Source: Coniocarpon cinnabarinum (taxonomy: Eukaryota). Taken from it: 42,338 bases of DNA. The DNA is taken from assembly GCA_051942205.1 (NCBI GenBank), contig JAVECO010000190.1:1-42338 (forward strand), given 5' to 3'. Position numbers and translations under genes: made by a program. The notes under the pieces are model-generated. The model was not told the DNA's origin, made no database searches, and worked only from the letters and a program-made list of their open reading frames with translations. Position 1 is the first letter of the stretch. The number at the start of each line of letters is the position of its first letter. Positions 22,801-35,237 of this stretch are shown here, piece after piece.

Positions 22801-24908
22801 TTAGCTCTTGCATGTCCATTGGTATTCTCCGCGCCACCAAATCAAGCGCCCAACCGCTAGCTGCCACACCTTAAATTGCACCTTAATTTGCCGGCATGCA
22901 CAACCAGCACAGGGCGCATGTTGTCATGCCAGGATACTTATGCATCGCATTGAGACAGGGTTCGGAGGCACGCACGTTGGATGCAGGCAGTGCGCCTCTT
23001 GATCGTTTATGCTCACATTCTTCCGGACGTGTTCGTCGCGATGCCGGAAGGAAACGAGTGAGTATGGTATATCCGGCATCCCTGCAAGAGCTCAATACAT
23101 CCATTCGATACGCGGTCAAATGTCGTGCGAATTGGCTTGCGATGACGCGACGCATGACGCCAGAGTCCCAGCCGTTGATTTATGATAAGAGATCAGCCAG
23201 CCAGATTCTTTTCTAAATTTTCCTCGACACACATCCGTCGCACGTTCCCAATCTGCTCGGTGAGTCGCCAGGTTTGTATGGCATTGTGTCTCTGCGAGGG
23301 TTTGTTGCAGCTAATTTAGCATTGAACGAAATAAAATGACGTTGCTAATGAATGTGACACCACCCCAGCCGCGGGGTTCGCGGGGCTCGCGTCGTCCTTG
23401 AAAATCAGGCTCAATTCACTCGCTGGCCTCCAGTTGTAATTTCCGGCCTGGATTTCACTCCGAGGCTTTGTGCATTTTCCCCGCCCGCAAATGTCCCTCT
23501 TGGACCATACAAAGGAGCAGCTCGATCCACAAAAGGTGTTTCCGAATCACTGCACGATACGACGATGCGTCTGCAAAAAGCGTCTGGTCAAGAAAGGCCT
23601 GCCAGCCTGACTACATCTGGAGAGACAGAAAGCAGACAACCAACAGGCCTGACTGGATCCGCGCAGCAGGGGCCGCCCAGAATGCCGCTGTAACCCCAGA
23701 CTCTCCCTCGATCTTGTCAGGCCGGCGAATTTGTGGGTCAACAGCAGACAACACACGCAACCTTCAAGTCCCCTGAGCCAAGATTCGCACGGAACAATGG
23801 GTCTTGGGACCCTCCCCAGTATTGGAAGCGGACCTGTGCGTGGGCAGTGGAGACACTGGTGAGGCAATGGTTCCAATCAGTGGAACTAGCTGTCCCTTTG
23901 CCAGCCTACAGCGGGTCGTCATCCGGTCAATGCCGCTTGTCTTTGTTTGATACGGTGCGTAGTCACCGTGTCAGTCCGAGCTCCTCCCAACCGACCACCT
24001 CCCAACTCGGCATCACGGCAAGTTCGCACATGGAGAGCAGAGTCAACATGAATCGGCTGCAAGACGTTTACATTGTAATGTTGGCGACGCTGCGAACACG
24101 CTTCCAGCGGCAGAGGAGGCCAAGACATCGACGGCGACACAGTCTGCCTGTGCAGGCATCTCCGGCAGAGGCGTAACCCAGCTCCCGAGCCTGCGGGAGT
24201 TGGCACATCGCCACCATCGTCATGTGCGGTATTTGTTGTGATTCCCTCCGCAATGTGCAGGGAAGTGCTTGGGGATCATGTCCTGCACGCATGACAAAGC
24301 TGAGTCTGGCTGTTACTGTTTCGCCTGCTCGAATGGAAGCGGACACCTCGACTGCCAGAGAGAGCGCCAAGAGGGCGCGTGCCGATCGAGCAGCTGTCCC
24401 CATGCGCCGACGTCGCCATCCATGTCAGCAGGTTCAATACTTGCTGTGGAGTCGGGAATTGTCGCACATGGTGCATGCACTGTGGGAGGGCGTGGCGTCT
24501 GCGGCGTGACATCGTGGCCAGATCTGGGTAACAGCAGATTGCCAGAAGCAGGAGCCTGGTCGCGTGGGTGACGACAAGACAACCCGTTGCAGTAGGTGGT
24601 GCGCCCGAGAAGAAGCAGGTCTGAGACAGGGCCAGCTAAGGCTAGGGCTTGGGAACCAACAGTCAGATGGGACGAGGGACCCGGGAGATTGTACCTCGAG
24701 CCGCGAGAATTCGATTGGGCCACGCCGACAGGGAAGATGGGCGCGTGCAGGGGAGTGTGGAGAAGCATAAAAAAAAGCTTCAGCAGCGACTGGGATGCGG
24801 CGTGGTCCATGCAGACGAGGGCAGGGGAGCGTGCAGGAGGATGCAGGCCTTTTTGCCGCCCCCACCGTTGGGCACGCGATGTAGCGCGCTAGGGTTCGGA
24901 GGGGGCCT

Positions 24909-24962
24909 CTGGGGGCTCTGCTGGGGGTTCTGCTGGGGGCTCTGCTAGGGGCTTGTTGGGGG
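24909..24962 (+). repeat. G-rich 12-bp tandem repeat (ctgggggctctg, ~4.5 copies)
   Basis: Units start at 24909, 24921, 24933, 24945, plus a partial unit. Confidence 0.85.
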
Positions 24963-26979
24963 CGTCAGGCGGCGTCTTCCACCCGCCGCGCTCCTCACCA
25001 CCGTCACCACCACCACTCTGCGACCCTCTCTGCCAACTTCTGCTCGCGCTGCAGCTGCCATGCAACCCTCGTTCAGAAACCGCCGACACAAGCTCCAGCC
25101 CGGCTGAGGGCGTCTGGCGCTGCTGAGGAGCTGTGTCGCCCCCCGTCGTGCCGATCCCATTGCCCGGTGGTCCGCAGCAGCCTCGCGGCCCTCAGCGGCG
25201 CTGGCACCAGCCGGGCAAGGACACCGTTGGACTGTCAGACGAGCCCGACATTGCATGTCCCTTCCTTTCCGGTCTGCTCACCGCCATCGAACCCCACAGC
25301 ATGGCCAACTCAGCATCCCCGTCACATCTCAAATCATCAGAAAGCATCTAGCGCGACTTCCCGCGGCAATCTCTCACCATCGAGCGCGCTCGAGGAGGGC
25401 TGCTGCCGGTCCACTGCATACCCTCGGGCAGGTGCCGAATTGTGATTCGCGGAGGTCGACCCCTCGCAAAGCCTCGATCACAGCGCTGTGGAACTGGGCC
25501 CTCCGCAAGATCGGCTCTGCTCTACTATCCGGGTCCATGGGAGGGAAGACCGAAGGCCTGGTGAATCGAGGAGACCTGTTCTCCTTCACCCATGACAAGA
25601 TCATGATGAACGTCGGAAATCGGGGACATCCACCCGCGCACCCGCATCGCCCGAAGTTAATCTAATATCTTGGCTCCTCTGAGCTCAGCCCGTCCAACGG
25701 ATCATCGGAAAGACCGCCCGCACGCCCTGCACCAAGAGCGGCAACCATATCGACTCAAGCGACCGTTGCCGGCAACTACTTGCCAATATTGCCTATACCT
25801 GCAGCTTGTAGCTTGACGCTACCTTCCCCCGATCTGCATGTACCAGTCAGATGGCGTCCGCATTGGGCCTAGCTCCATCCAGCCGATCTCGGACAATTTA
25901 CGTAGCCTTGCTCAGAAGCTTCTGCTGAGTCGAATTACGTGCATACTCGCACCCTCAAGTCACGACGCCACGGTCGCTTATCATACCTTGTCGTGCGGCG
26001 GTCTGCTTGCAGGAGCTCGCACGTACATGCCGGGCGTGGGAACGCGAAGGTACCCACGCAGTACTGCCACGCACAGGCACAAACACCCTTGTCTGACAGT
26101 GACTGCGCAGCTCACATGAGTCTGGGGTTGAAACCTAGATTTCAGGCGGGAAGTTCCAATCAAGTCGCCGATCCTCAATGGCAACCCTCGCTCGATGACC
26201 TCTGTTCTGGTGGACGATCAGGCAAGCGGCTGGCCGCCTCGCAGTGCGCTATCAAGCCACAAAAGAGATCAGGCGCTCACGGCGGGTGCTCCTTGACTCC
26301 CCCCCAGACGTCTTGGACGTCAGTGGATATATCGTGCCGTTCGGCCAAGCGCCGCCGCGGCAGCCACCGTGTTTTCTATTTTCAATAGGGCAGGGTCATC
26401 GAGGCTTCTGATGCCTAGAGGACTGCAAGCGTTTACCACCACCCATGAGAAACGGTCCAACGTCCAAATCTTATTTGTCGCTCGCCACACTGGCCACGAA
26501 AACGTTGGAGAAGGGTGGATGCCGTCGCGTCCGCTGCTTCGATCTCCTAGCGCCGAAATTGCCTTCATTCAGACATGCATGCACTTGAATCAAAGTTTCC
26601 CCGGGCTAACACTGGCTCGATGAGCAGCGTTGAAACGGCAACAATTATCCAACGTTGCATCCCTCTCGACAGACCTCGAATGGGGTTCTGGCTTCACATG
26701 TGCATCATCACTTGCATTGGTCCCCAACGAATCCAAATCAATACTCTCAATTGCCGCTCATCGTAGCAAGTCGGCAATTACCAGCGACACGGATGTCCGT
26801 GGATATCTTCGCACAGCGTTGACAGCACTCGGATGGACAGCGATGGTGTTGATGTGCTCCACAATGGCTCGCCTAATCGAACCTCACCTTCGCCCACCTC
26901 CGCATTTCTTGGACTTTCGATGACTCGCATACCGGCAACAATGGCCTCGGACTAGCTCGTCGATGGACATCAGATCGAA

Positions 26980-26986
26980 TATTTAA
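26980..26986 (+). promoter_or_regulatory. TATA-like box of the hydrophobin-like gene
   Basis: TATTTAA about 130 nt upstream of the ATG, followed by a C/A-rich leader and caaaATG context. Confidence 0.55.
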
Positions 26987-27111
26987 GGAGGCCTTGTGTC
27001 TCCCTTTATCCTGATTCTCCAGCCCAGCATCAAATCATCAAGTCTCACTTCCACAACAACATTCCAAAACTTTCAATTCAGCTTTTTACAAGCCCACCAA
27101 ACTCCATCAAA

Positions 27112-27512
27112 ATGCAATACTCCACCATCGCCCTCTTCGGCCTTGCTGCCACCGCCTTCGCTGCCCCAGCTGCCGAGCCAGAGGCTGAGCCCGCCGGCGA
27201 CCTCCTCGGTCTCCCCATTCCCCAGCTGATTGGCGGCTCCTCCGTCAAGTGCTCTTCGGGCAACGTCTACTGCTCGAACGGCTCCAAGACCCAGTGCAAG
27301 CTCTGTACGTTGGCATATTCAATCGATTTCTCGATTGCTACGGTTAACTAACTACTTTTGTTTCAGCCAAGCCTGGCCAGACCTGCACCTCAGGTGAAGT
27401 CATCTGCTGCAACAGCGCCGCCAGCCTGCTGGCATTGAACCTCCTCAACATCTGCGGCTCTCCCATCAACGTCAGCATCCCCGTCAACGTCCTCTCCAAC
27501 GACTCCCTGTAA
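27112..27512 (+). CDS. Small secreted hydrophobin-like protein, 112 aa, 7 Cys (exons 27112-27304, 27367-27512)
   Basis: Signal peptide MQYSTIALFGLAATAFA-AP; intron GTACGT..CTAAC..CAG; pattern C-x6-C(S)-x6-C-x8-C-x6-CC-x14-C with CCN and a hydrophobic loop LLALNLLNI; strongly C-ending codons. Confidence 0.88.
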
Positions 27513-28414
27513 ATGGCTTCATCAATCCTGCAGTGATGGTGGGCCTTTGATGGAAGTGCGGTGCTTGGTGGATTTGGTGTTGGGACGGGGTGGTTGGGGG
27601 TGGGTGAGATTGTTTGGGGTTTTAGGATGCGCAATTGGCAAGTCGGTGGATGCTCCAGTTCGCGTGAGCATTGCTAGGTGCATTCTTTTTTTCCTCTAGT
27701 TGAATGAAAGTAGTTGGCGGACGTTACTTTGCAGTTCTTCTCACGTGACTTTGCCCCTGGTCAGTTTTGCAAACGTGCATACATGCCTCAAGACTGCCGC
27801 ATACAGTCTGGCCTACAAAATTACCTCGGAAACTAACTTTCATTACGACAAGGGTTTCGGAGTCTACAATGCGACTATCCATCATTTGTTTGAGGTGGAC
27901 CGCGCAATTTGTGCAACAAATCCGCTGCAAACGGTAGTGATATGAAGGATCGACATTAGTCTTCTGCCCAACACCCTCTGCTGGGCATCGGGCCTCTGCG
28001 TGCGGCGATCTGTGGCTTACTCACGCACATCCACCTCATCAGAATGCGCATCCTTCGACGAGCAAGGCAGCGTGTAGACAACGACATGGATGGCCACAGT
28101 GCGTTTGCATTCGAGGTGAACCCGGCGCTGCGACTCTCCTCGTCGCTTCAACCTCGGCGTCTCGTTTGCATACGCAGCGGCGGTGCAGTGTTGTCCTGTG
28201 CAGCGCTTTTGCTCCACCGCCCGGACACGCATCCAGCTTTTCTCCGTCTTCAGCCAAGAATTTTTCATGGGCTTGCTTCTGGACTCTGGCCCTGGCCGCT
28301 GGCAGACGCGTCCGCTTCCGAGCAATGCACTGGCTCGCTGCATCTGCCTTCGTTCCGCCTGTCCACCTGTCCGACCGCCCTCCCGCACGTATGTGGGAAT
28401 CCCCACTCACGCCC

Positions 28415-29101
28415 TCAACAAAGACACCCTTCGAGCGCCACACGCCACGCCAAGAATCTGCAGCGCAGTGCACTGCACGGCAGCACGCGCAGCCTCCTCC
28501 GCGTCCCCACCGCGTACGGCGGTGACGTCGCACACGTCTCTAAAGATAGACGCAAATCCATGCACGTGTCTCGAGGCCCCAAGCCAGTTGGAGTCCACGA
28601 GCCGCACGTCGCGACAGGGAACCTCGCAGGCGACTCCGCAGGCGACTCCGCAGGAGTACTAACAGGATTACTCCGCAGGAGAGGTTCCGTCGGAGTACAG
28701 TACCAGCAGGATATCCCTCCAGAATACCCACACAAGGCAGGGATCCTCGCCAAATCACAGGGATGCTTGGCACGCGCAGGGATGGCAACGCGTAGCCGTT
28801 GATATATGCCCGAAGCGGAAAGGGGAGACCTGACGTGGCGTTTGTGTGCGTGTGGCGAGGTGGTGGTGGTGAGGGTGCCGAGGTTGAATGGAGAGGGGGA
28901 GGGAGGGGAGGAAGACGAACAATGTGCAGAGGACGTGCGTGTGGTGGCGAGGCGGATGGAGGCAGTGCGGGATATGTAGGAGGATGGATCTGCGGCGGTT
29001 GCGGTGCGACGTTTGACTGCAGGGGTGCATGAGGAGGCGAAGAGGGCAGAATTCGATGAGAGATTTAGAGGCGTGGGCGATGCTCTACTTTTTCGATTCA
29101 T
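28415..29101 (-). CDS. Possible Ser/Pro-rich disordered protein (228 aa from ATG 29101)
   Basis: Open frame with motif-like segments (SPTPLNL, HVRSPLS, LRVAIP, PAESPAESPAR from an in-frame 12-bp repeat) and a pyrimidine-rich leader upstream on the minus strand. No recognised domain; exon structure uncertain. Confidence 0.35.
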   Translation of the reverse strand: MNRKSRASPTPLNLSSNSALFASSCTPAVKRRTATAADPSSYISRTASIRLATTRTSSAHCSSSSPPSPSPFNLGTLTTTTSPHAHKRHVRSPLSASGIYQRLRVAIPARAKHPCDLARIPALCGYSGGISCWYCTPTEPLLRSNPVSTPAESPAESPARFPVATCGSWTPTGLGPRDTCMDLRLSLETCATSPPYAVGTRRRLRVLPCSALRCRFLAWRVALEGCLC

Positions 29102-29913
29102 CTGAGCGATCCTATAGTACAGTAAAAGGATGGAAACGTTTTTCGAGGCGCAGACAAAGGTCACGTTGCGGACATTATGGTTGTAGAGAAAGGCCTACAT
29201 TGTGTCGTGTGAGCAACAGCGCAACCGTTAGAAACAAGGCCGCGGCATCTGCACGACAACCATGCAGACAGAGTCCACGGAAGTGCATACACGACGAACG
29301 ACGAAGCGTTCTGAAAGCGCAGTCCAGACTCGCCAGGATAACGACGTTGCAGCGACGAGACACCCACACGCGGCACCAGAGCGGTTAGAACGAAATGTCA
29401 ATGACAGAATCTCACCCAGGTACAAGGGTAGGTACAAAACACATTGAGGTGTCAGCATGGCGACGATGCGTGATATAGGTAAGTATGCCGCATGCATGGT
29501 GCATAGAGTGGGGCGGGACTTGGGAAAGTTGACACGGGCCAGCATTTGCGGGGAAGAGAGAGAGGAAGGACGGGACGGGGCGAGAGAAAATGTATGACGG
29601 AGGTGGCTAGGCACGGGAGGGATGCTTGCGGCGAGGTGAACGGGGCTGCTGAGGAGAGCGTAGGCACGTGTGAATCCGGGGAGCCGAGCAACGCTGACGC
29701 CGGGATGGTTACGTTCAGGTGCAGCAGACGAAATTTGCATTGAGGGTCAGCTCTCGACACAGTTGCACTTGCTGGGTCATGGCAATAGCTACAGCCCTTG
29801 CGTGTGCCTTGTTCCGTTTGTGAATTCCTTGGCTTGTATGATCCTGCGAGTACAAGGCTAAATTGCCAGCGCACCGATTGCTACGCATTGTCGATTTTCG
29901 TCTGCTGTGCGTC

Positions 29914-32900
29914 TCAGATGTGGATAGTGGAAGTGTCTGCTCCGTCGATGACCCAGACGCCGTGACCAGCCGTCGTGCAGTCGGTTTCGCATGTTATAGA
30001 CGCATCTGGCTGCAGGCTTGGCCTTGAGGTGGACATGATCCCATCGTGAGGCGAGAAATTTCTCGCACTTGGGGAAGAGTCATTGACCGAGAAGGGGCTA
30101 GAATTTCCACCACCGATGACAAGGCCATCACACAAAGAGGCAAAGGGTACTATGTCAACTGTAGGAAGCGCTGCGAAGCCCCTTCGCAATGGTGTTAAAG
30201 TGAATTCAGCTGCTTTCTCAGCTCCTTCTGACGCGGCAAATGTGCTCTGGACCGGCCCTGCGACCATCCACATGGAGGCGTTATAATTGAGGCTGTATTG
30301 AAACAGCTTCTCCTCTTCTGAAGAGAGCCATGAGTGGTTGCGAGACCAGTGGAAGGTCGAATGTATGGAAACGTGACAGGTATGTGCAGAACCAACTAGA
30401 ATCGTTTTGTGTTGTAACGTAAACACGGGCGGAATTTGAGTTTCAACGAGCGTGACCGAAGCGGAGTGCAGTGCATCCACAGACGGTATCTCGAACGGGA
30501 CAATGAGAACTTCAGGCTCGGAAGTCTCTAGCTGAGCGCTCAGGATGAGAACGTCATTATGAGAATGCCACCGTTGGAGCCATTCACTGATCTCATTGGC
30601 TTCACTTGGTGACACGGCGTTGAAGACCTTTGACCAGTCAAAGGACGAGAAGGGCGGCAACTCGAATTCTTCCGTCAATGCCGAATATTCCAGGACGTCG
30701 CGTGGGGTGTAATTGTGAATGTTTTCCGCTAAGACCATCTGCAACAGGCTTTGAAATTTTCGAAGTTTGCTTCTCTCCATTGCTTCAGTCAGAAGCCCCT
30801 TCACCTTATGCAAAATACAGTCCAAAATAGAGATGTGTTGCACACATAATTGCAGCATGTTTGCAGAGGGGTCAAAATTACTCGAAGGGGTGGCAATCGG
30901 AGCCGTGTTGTATGCCATGAACGAAGGTCGGTCTGCCAAGGCTGTCAAACGCTGCGACGGTGACACAGCATCAATACTCCAGTAATTGTTACCTTCGAGC
31001 TTGACGCTTGCGATGCTCCTGGGACCCTCGTCACCAGGCATAATAAGGAGTTTTGACTGCAAGGTCTCCAGCCGCAACGCGTCCTGAACATTTACATCCA
31101 GGGGTACGCGCGTTGAAACACAAAATGATTTGAGCAAGCTGAAGGTGCCGTTACTTGTCTCGTATTCCAGTTCCAAAGAAACGGTCAACCTTTTCGAGTT
31201 GTGATCAACGTCAATCGGAATGGAAATTTGCACGAGACTGCTCGCCAGATTCTGACAACTAAGCGTACCAGGTGTACCACCAGGATCAATGTGAAGCGTC
31301 TCTCTGCTCGATGATGCTTGAGCGGTATGTAAACGAAGTCCAGCCGTGTGTGACTTTACGGTCATGTTTACAGACTGCACACAGTTTTGACCACATGACA
31401 AAATCAGCTCGATCAAGCGTTTCGATCCGATGCGGAGAGTCTTAGAAAGACGCAACTGCGCATCGAAGGCTCTGCTGTGAGGGAAGCAAAAGACCTGAGC
31501 AATCCGCCCAAGGATTACCGATCGGTCAGTAGCTTGCGTAGGCTGTTTAAAAATGCTGGAAGATTGTGCTCTACTAGCAGTTTCGAGCACAAAGGTTACC
31601 TGTCCGACATGAAGCGTCAATTTCCAAGGTCGGTAGGGTCCAGTGGCAGTAGTCTTCTTAATCGTCAGTGACTAAGTCTACCGCATAGTGCTGAAAACTC
31701 ACTCTACTCCTAAGTTCAACCCCAGCTGACGGCTTTCTCACAGTGTGAGAAATATCAGATCGTAGTATGATATGATGTCCCTCGGCTTGCTCATCTCGGC
31801 TGAGATGAAGAGCGATTTTATCCACAGGCCACGCCGCATGTGCAAGCGGCTCGATATTCAGCATCAATGAAAACCCATCCTCGTCATCAAGCAACGTTAT
31901 GTTTTGGTCCAGCGAGGTCACGAGGAAGTGCTCTTGGAGGGGTACTTCGACCTCGCATGGAAGTTCTCTGGCGAACGTGAGGATATTTTTCAGCAATTCG
32001 GAAGATCCAGTGGGGCTTTCCCTGAGCTCGAGCTCTTTGCGTTGTCCTGCTTCCGGCAAGTTCTCCGCGCTAGGTTGGTGCTCTGCTCTTTTCGCGATCA
32101 GCGCCAGCGCCACGCGCACGTACTCATCTTTGCGTTTCAAATTCTTCAAACCCTTTGCATATGTCTCGAGCAATCTCGTTTCGAGTGAAGTCCATTTTCG
32201 CTGCTTGAACGATGCGATCAATGGACCCAGCAAGGACACAGCAGCTAAATCTTTGCCGGTATCTCTACGCAATCATTACGTCAGCATGTGCATGTCTGCT
32301 AACCGATCGAACCCACATTTGTAGAGCGGCGATATCGCCAAGTAGGTGCTCTGAGGCTCTCTTTCTTCTCGTGAGAACAAAAAGGCCTGCCGCGTCTTCA
32401 CTCAAGCGCTTTAAGAAATGTCAGCTTACACTCGGAACGCTCTGTTTCAGTTCACCCACTTCAAAATGGTGGGTGAAAGCCGAAAATGACTCTGTGCTTT
32501 GTAATAGAGTAGTTTTCTCAAGCATCTGAGATATTGCAGGCACTGAAGCTTTCTCAATGGCCCCATCACCATCCAAAGAGCTGTGCGGTTCTTGCTCAGC
32601 TTGCGCAGGAGAAAGGGTTCCGTCCCGGTGGCTTGACCAGGAATGCCATCCAGTTGCCTTCTTCAGCATCTGTCTTTGCATCAAGCAGATCTCTGCCCGG
32701 CAACTTGCGGCTTGAAAGAGTCCAGATCTCCCCAAAGCCAATTCGGACTTTGCACCAGCTGAGCTCGAATATAAGCGCGATTGGGCATTCTGAAGGTTTC
32801 CATTGGCGCTCGAAGAAGTGTGCAAGGTCTTTTGTGCAGCGAAAGGCGTCGCACTCACGCTGTTAGTCAAATAATGACTGCGAACTTCATCAAAATGACT

Positions 32901-34457
32901 AGACTTGGTGGAATCGAAAGCCTGCTGAGCTGCAGCGAATGTCCAGGACGCTACAATAGCATCGACGGCTGCTGACCGCATTGAGTCATTATGGAAATCG
33001 GAGCCAAGATTGCTGCCATGAGTCAGCAGATGTTCACGACTATGCAGGGCCCTGTATTACCATTGACAGAGGTCTCGCCGTAGTAGGCGGGATAGCACTG
33101 GCAAACCTGCACCTGCCAGCTTACACACGTTGGCTAGCGCTGCAACATCCTTGAAATTGACCTCCTCCACATTATTATTTGTGGTCTTTGTAGATTGAAT
33201 TTTGGCCGTATCACCCATTGATCGAGCAGAGTCTTGGGTGTATGGTCTTCCCATGCACGTTGACAGTCTCAGCTGACACGAAAAGACATAACATTTGAAA
33301 TCAAAAGCTGAGATAGAGTTGGCGGCGATCAGCACTCTAAAGTTCTTTCTAGTACAGTCCAGTGGATACTCGAGTACGGAAATGTCAAGCTCTGAACCAG
33401 GCTCAGACCGTTGTACAAGAGCGCCTAAGATTACGGCCAAATCATTAGGACAAGTACTAAAGGTGGTGCCGTGAGTCTGTTGCTGCTCGTATAGCTCGCC
33501 ATCAATCAAAGAGTCGAGGTCTGCGTGCAATTCTTCATAGCTACGTAGTGCATCACTAAGTAGTCCGATCCTTTCAAAACTCTGCGCGAGACCTTCTTTG
33601 AGGATGAAAAATGTGCAAAAGTTCCAGCCGGGAAGTGATCGCTGTGATAGTTTTTCAGCGATATCTGTTTCGTACTGTTTCAATCGAGCGTCGAATGAAG
33701 CAACGATCCGTGACTTGAGGTTGTCTAGTACATCTGAGGATGCCAGGTCTCCTTCCTTTGCGGTTTCGCCATCTCCGTGACCTCTGGGAATAGGTAGCTC
33801 GGGACCAACGTCCAAGGGTAACTCATCCTTGCGAAGACGCAGTTGCGCGATCCGCGTCTGTGTTGAACTACCTTGATTCTCGAAATCCGTACGCAATTGT
33901 TCAATGATTGAACGTGAGGCCTTGCCACTCCAACGTGTCCCAACCGATTGGTCCTTTTTGGATACATCAAGATCGCTACTGGAGTTGCGTACCCAACGGG
34001 GTTCTGAGGCGGCTGTAGTGCCGGGTAATATCACATGAAGGATCAGCCATTCGCAAGCATCATGTCCAGTCTGTTGACCCTTTCGGGGACCAGTCAAGGA
34101 GGTAGCGTGATCATCAAGCCATCTACGGATGGCATTCTGCTTAACGCTTTTGTACTGATCTTTATCATCACATCGCAAGACGTAGATACGCAGGAGAGGC
34201 GTCTGCTGCAGGCCTGGAAGCTGATGTCGTCTGGCGGTAGCATCTCCATGACCAGCACCGATTGCGGGATTGCTTTCAGATTCAGCGTTCGACTTGTTCC
34301 TGGAAGCAGGTGCAAAAGTGAGCGGTAAAGACTCCACAGAGTAAACTGAACCGGAAGAAGAGGTCCAAGACAGTCCCTTCAAGGGAAGACGTGGTCGCAA
34401 ACGCTCTAATACGACTGGAAATAGTCCATCCGGATCATGGTACTCGACAAGTGACAT
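29914..34457 (-). CDS. trs130: TRAPP II complex subunit Trs130 / TRAPPC10 (~1448 aa; exons 34457-33061, 33012-32460, 32408-32317, 32264-31703, 31656-29914)
   Basis: Motifs VEYHDP.GLF, RHQLPGL..TPLL, EWLILHV, QRSLPGWNFCTFFILKEGLA.SFE.IGL..DAL..YEEL. Four 46-52 nt GT-AG introns with CTGAC branch sites keep the frame. A short extra upstream exon cannot be excluded. Confidence 0.92.
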
Positions 34458-35237
34458 TAATGAATTTCTACATTTGTTACATCGCGCAAACCGTGCCTTG
34501 AATAGTGCGCCACGCAACGAACGTGAATTAAATGTTCACATACAGCGTTGGCGGACTCAAGGCACGTGAGTGCCAAGACTCTTGTGCTCATTAATAGCAC
34601 TAAGGGATGAGGCTTATTTTCCTAGCACTTGATAGGCGATGAATATCGTTCATGCAAAATCACAATCAATTCACGTTGTCTTCACACGAGTCATCTTTGA
34701 TTCTGCCATCTACGCCCAGTCTCCTTCATTAAAATTTCTTCATCTTTGCGCTGTGGATCGCACGTCTCAATTTTTCTGCGAGTAATTTTGAGACCTCGAC
34801 AGCGGCAGCTCTGGTTTATGTCTGGCTGCAGTGCGCCATGTACGGATATGCAACATCGGTGCAAGTGCGCGCGGTCACTAGGGAGACCTTATCATGATAG
34901 CTCCCTCATATCTCCCTATGCGTCGAAGTCATGTTGCAGCGCTTGAGCAGCCTCAGTGCCGTGGGTCCTCAAAAGCAGAGCGAGCAAGATGTTCGTAAAC
35001 GGGGTCGGAGTCGGCCCTGTGACGAGCTTCCGTTCGTTTTGAGTTGCTTCATCATTTCTAAGCACGGGGTTGCGTCACATCAGTCAGAACCTTCGTTGAA
35101 CACGAGCAGGACTCTTCTGCAAAGTCTTCTCTTCTCCCCTCGAGTTTTCCAGACGCATTAAACACTTCTGACATCTGATTATTTGATCAGCTGTGACATT
35201 CGCGGCGTAGAGGAAACCTACACTCTTTGCGAGCAAA

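Noticed and set aside
27304..27351. Unspliced or alternatively spliced hydrophobin restoring an eighth Cys
   Set aside because: Intron retention stops at 27351 with only 4 Cys, and the next GT (27309) puts exon 2 out of frame.
28044..28802. 252-aa plus-strand ORF
   Set aside because: Arg/Ala/Leu-rich composition typical of GC-rich non-coding or shadow frames; the opposite strand looks more protein-like.
29477..29486. Minus strand reads ATACTTACCT, the 5' end of U1 snRNA
   Set aside because: Downstream sequence lacks recognisable U1 stem-loop I/II loop motifs and a correctly placed Sm site; it is just the complement of a splice-donor-like word.
33057..34517. Treating the four trs130 ORFs as separate genes, or starting at 34517
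   Set aside because: Canonical short introns join them in frame; 34517 is a non-ATG start, and family similarity begins at ATG 34457.
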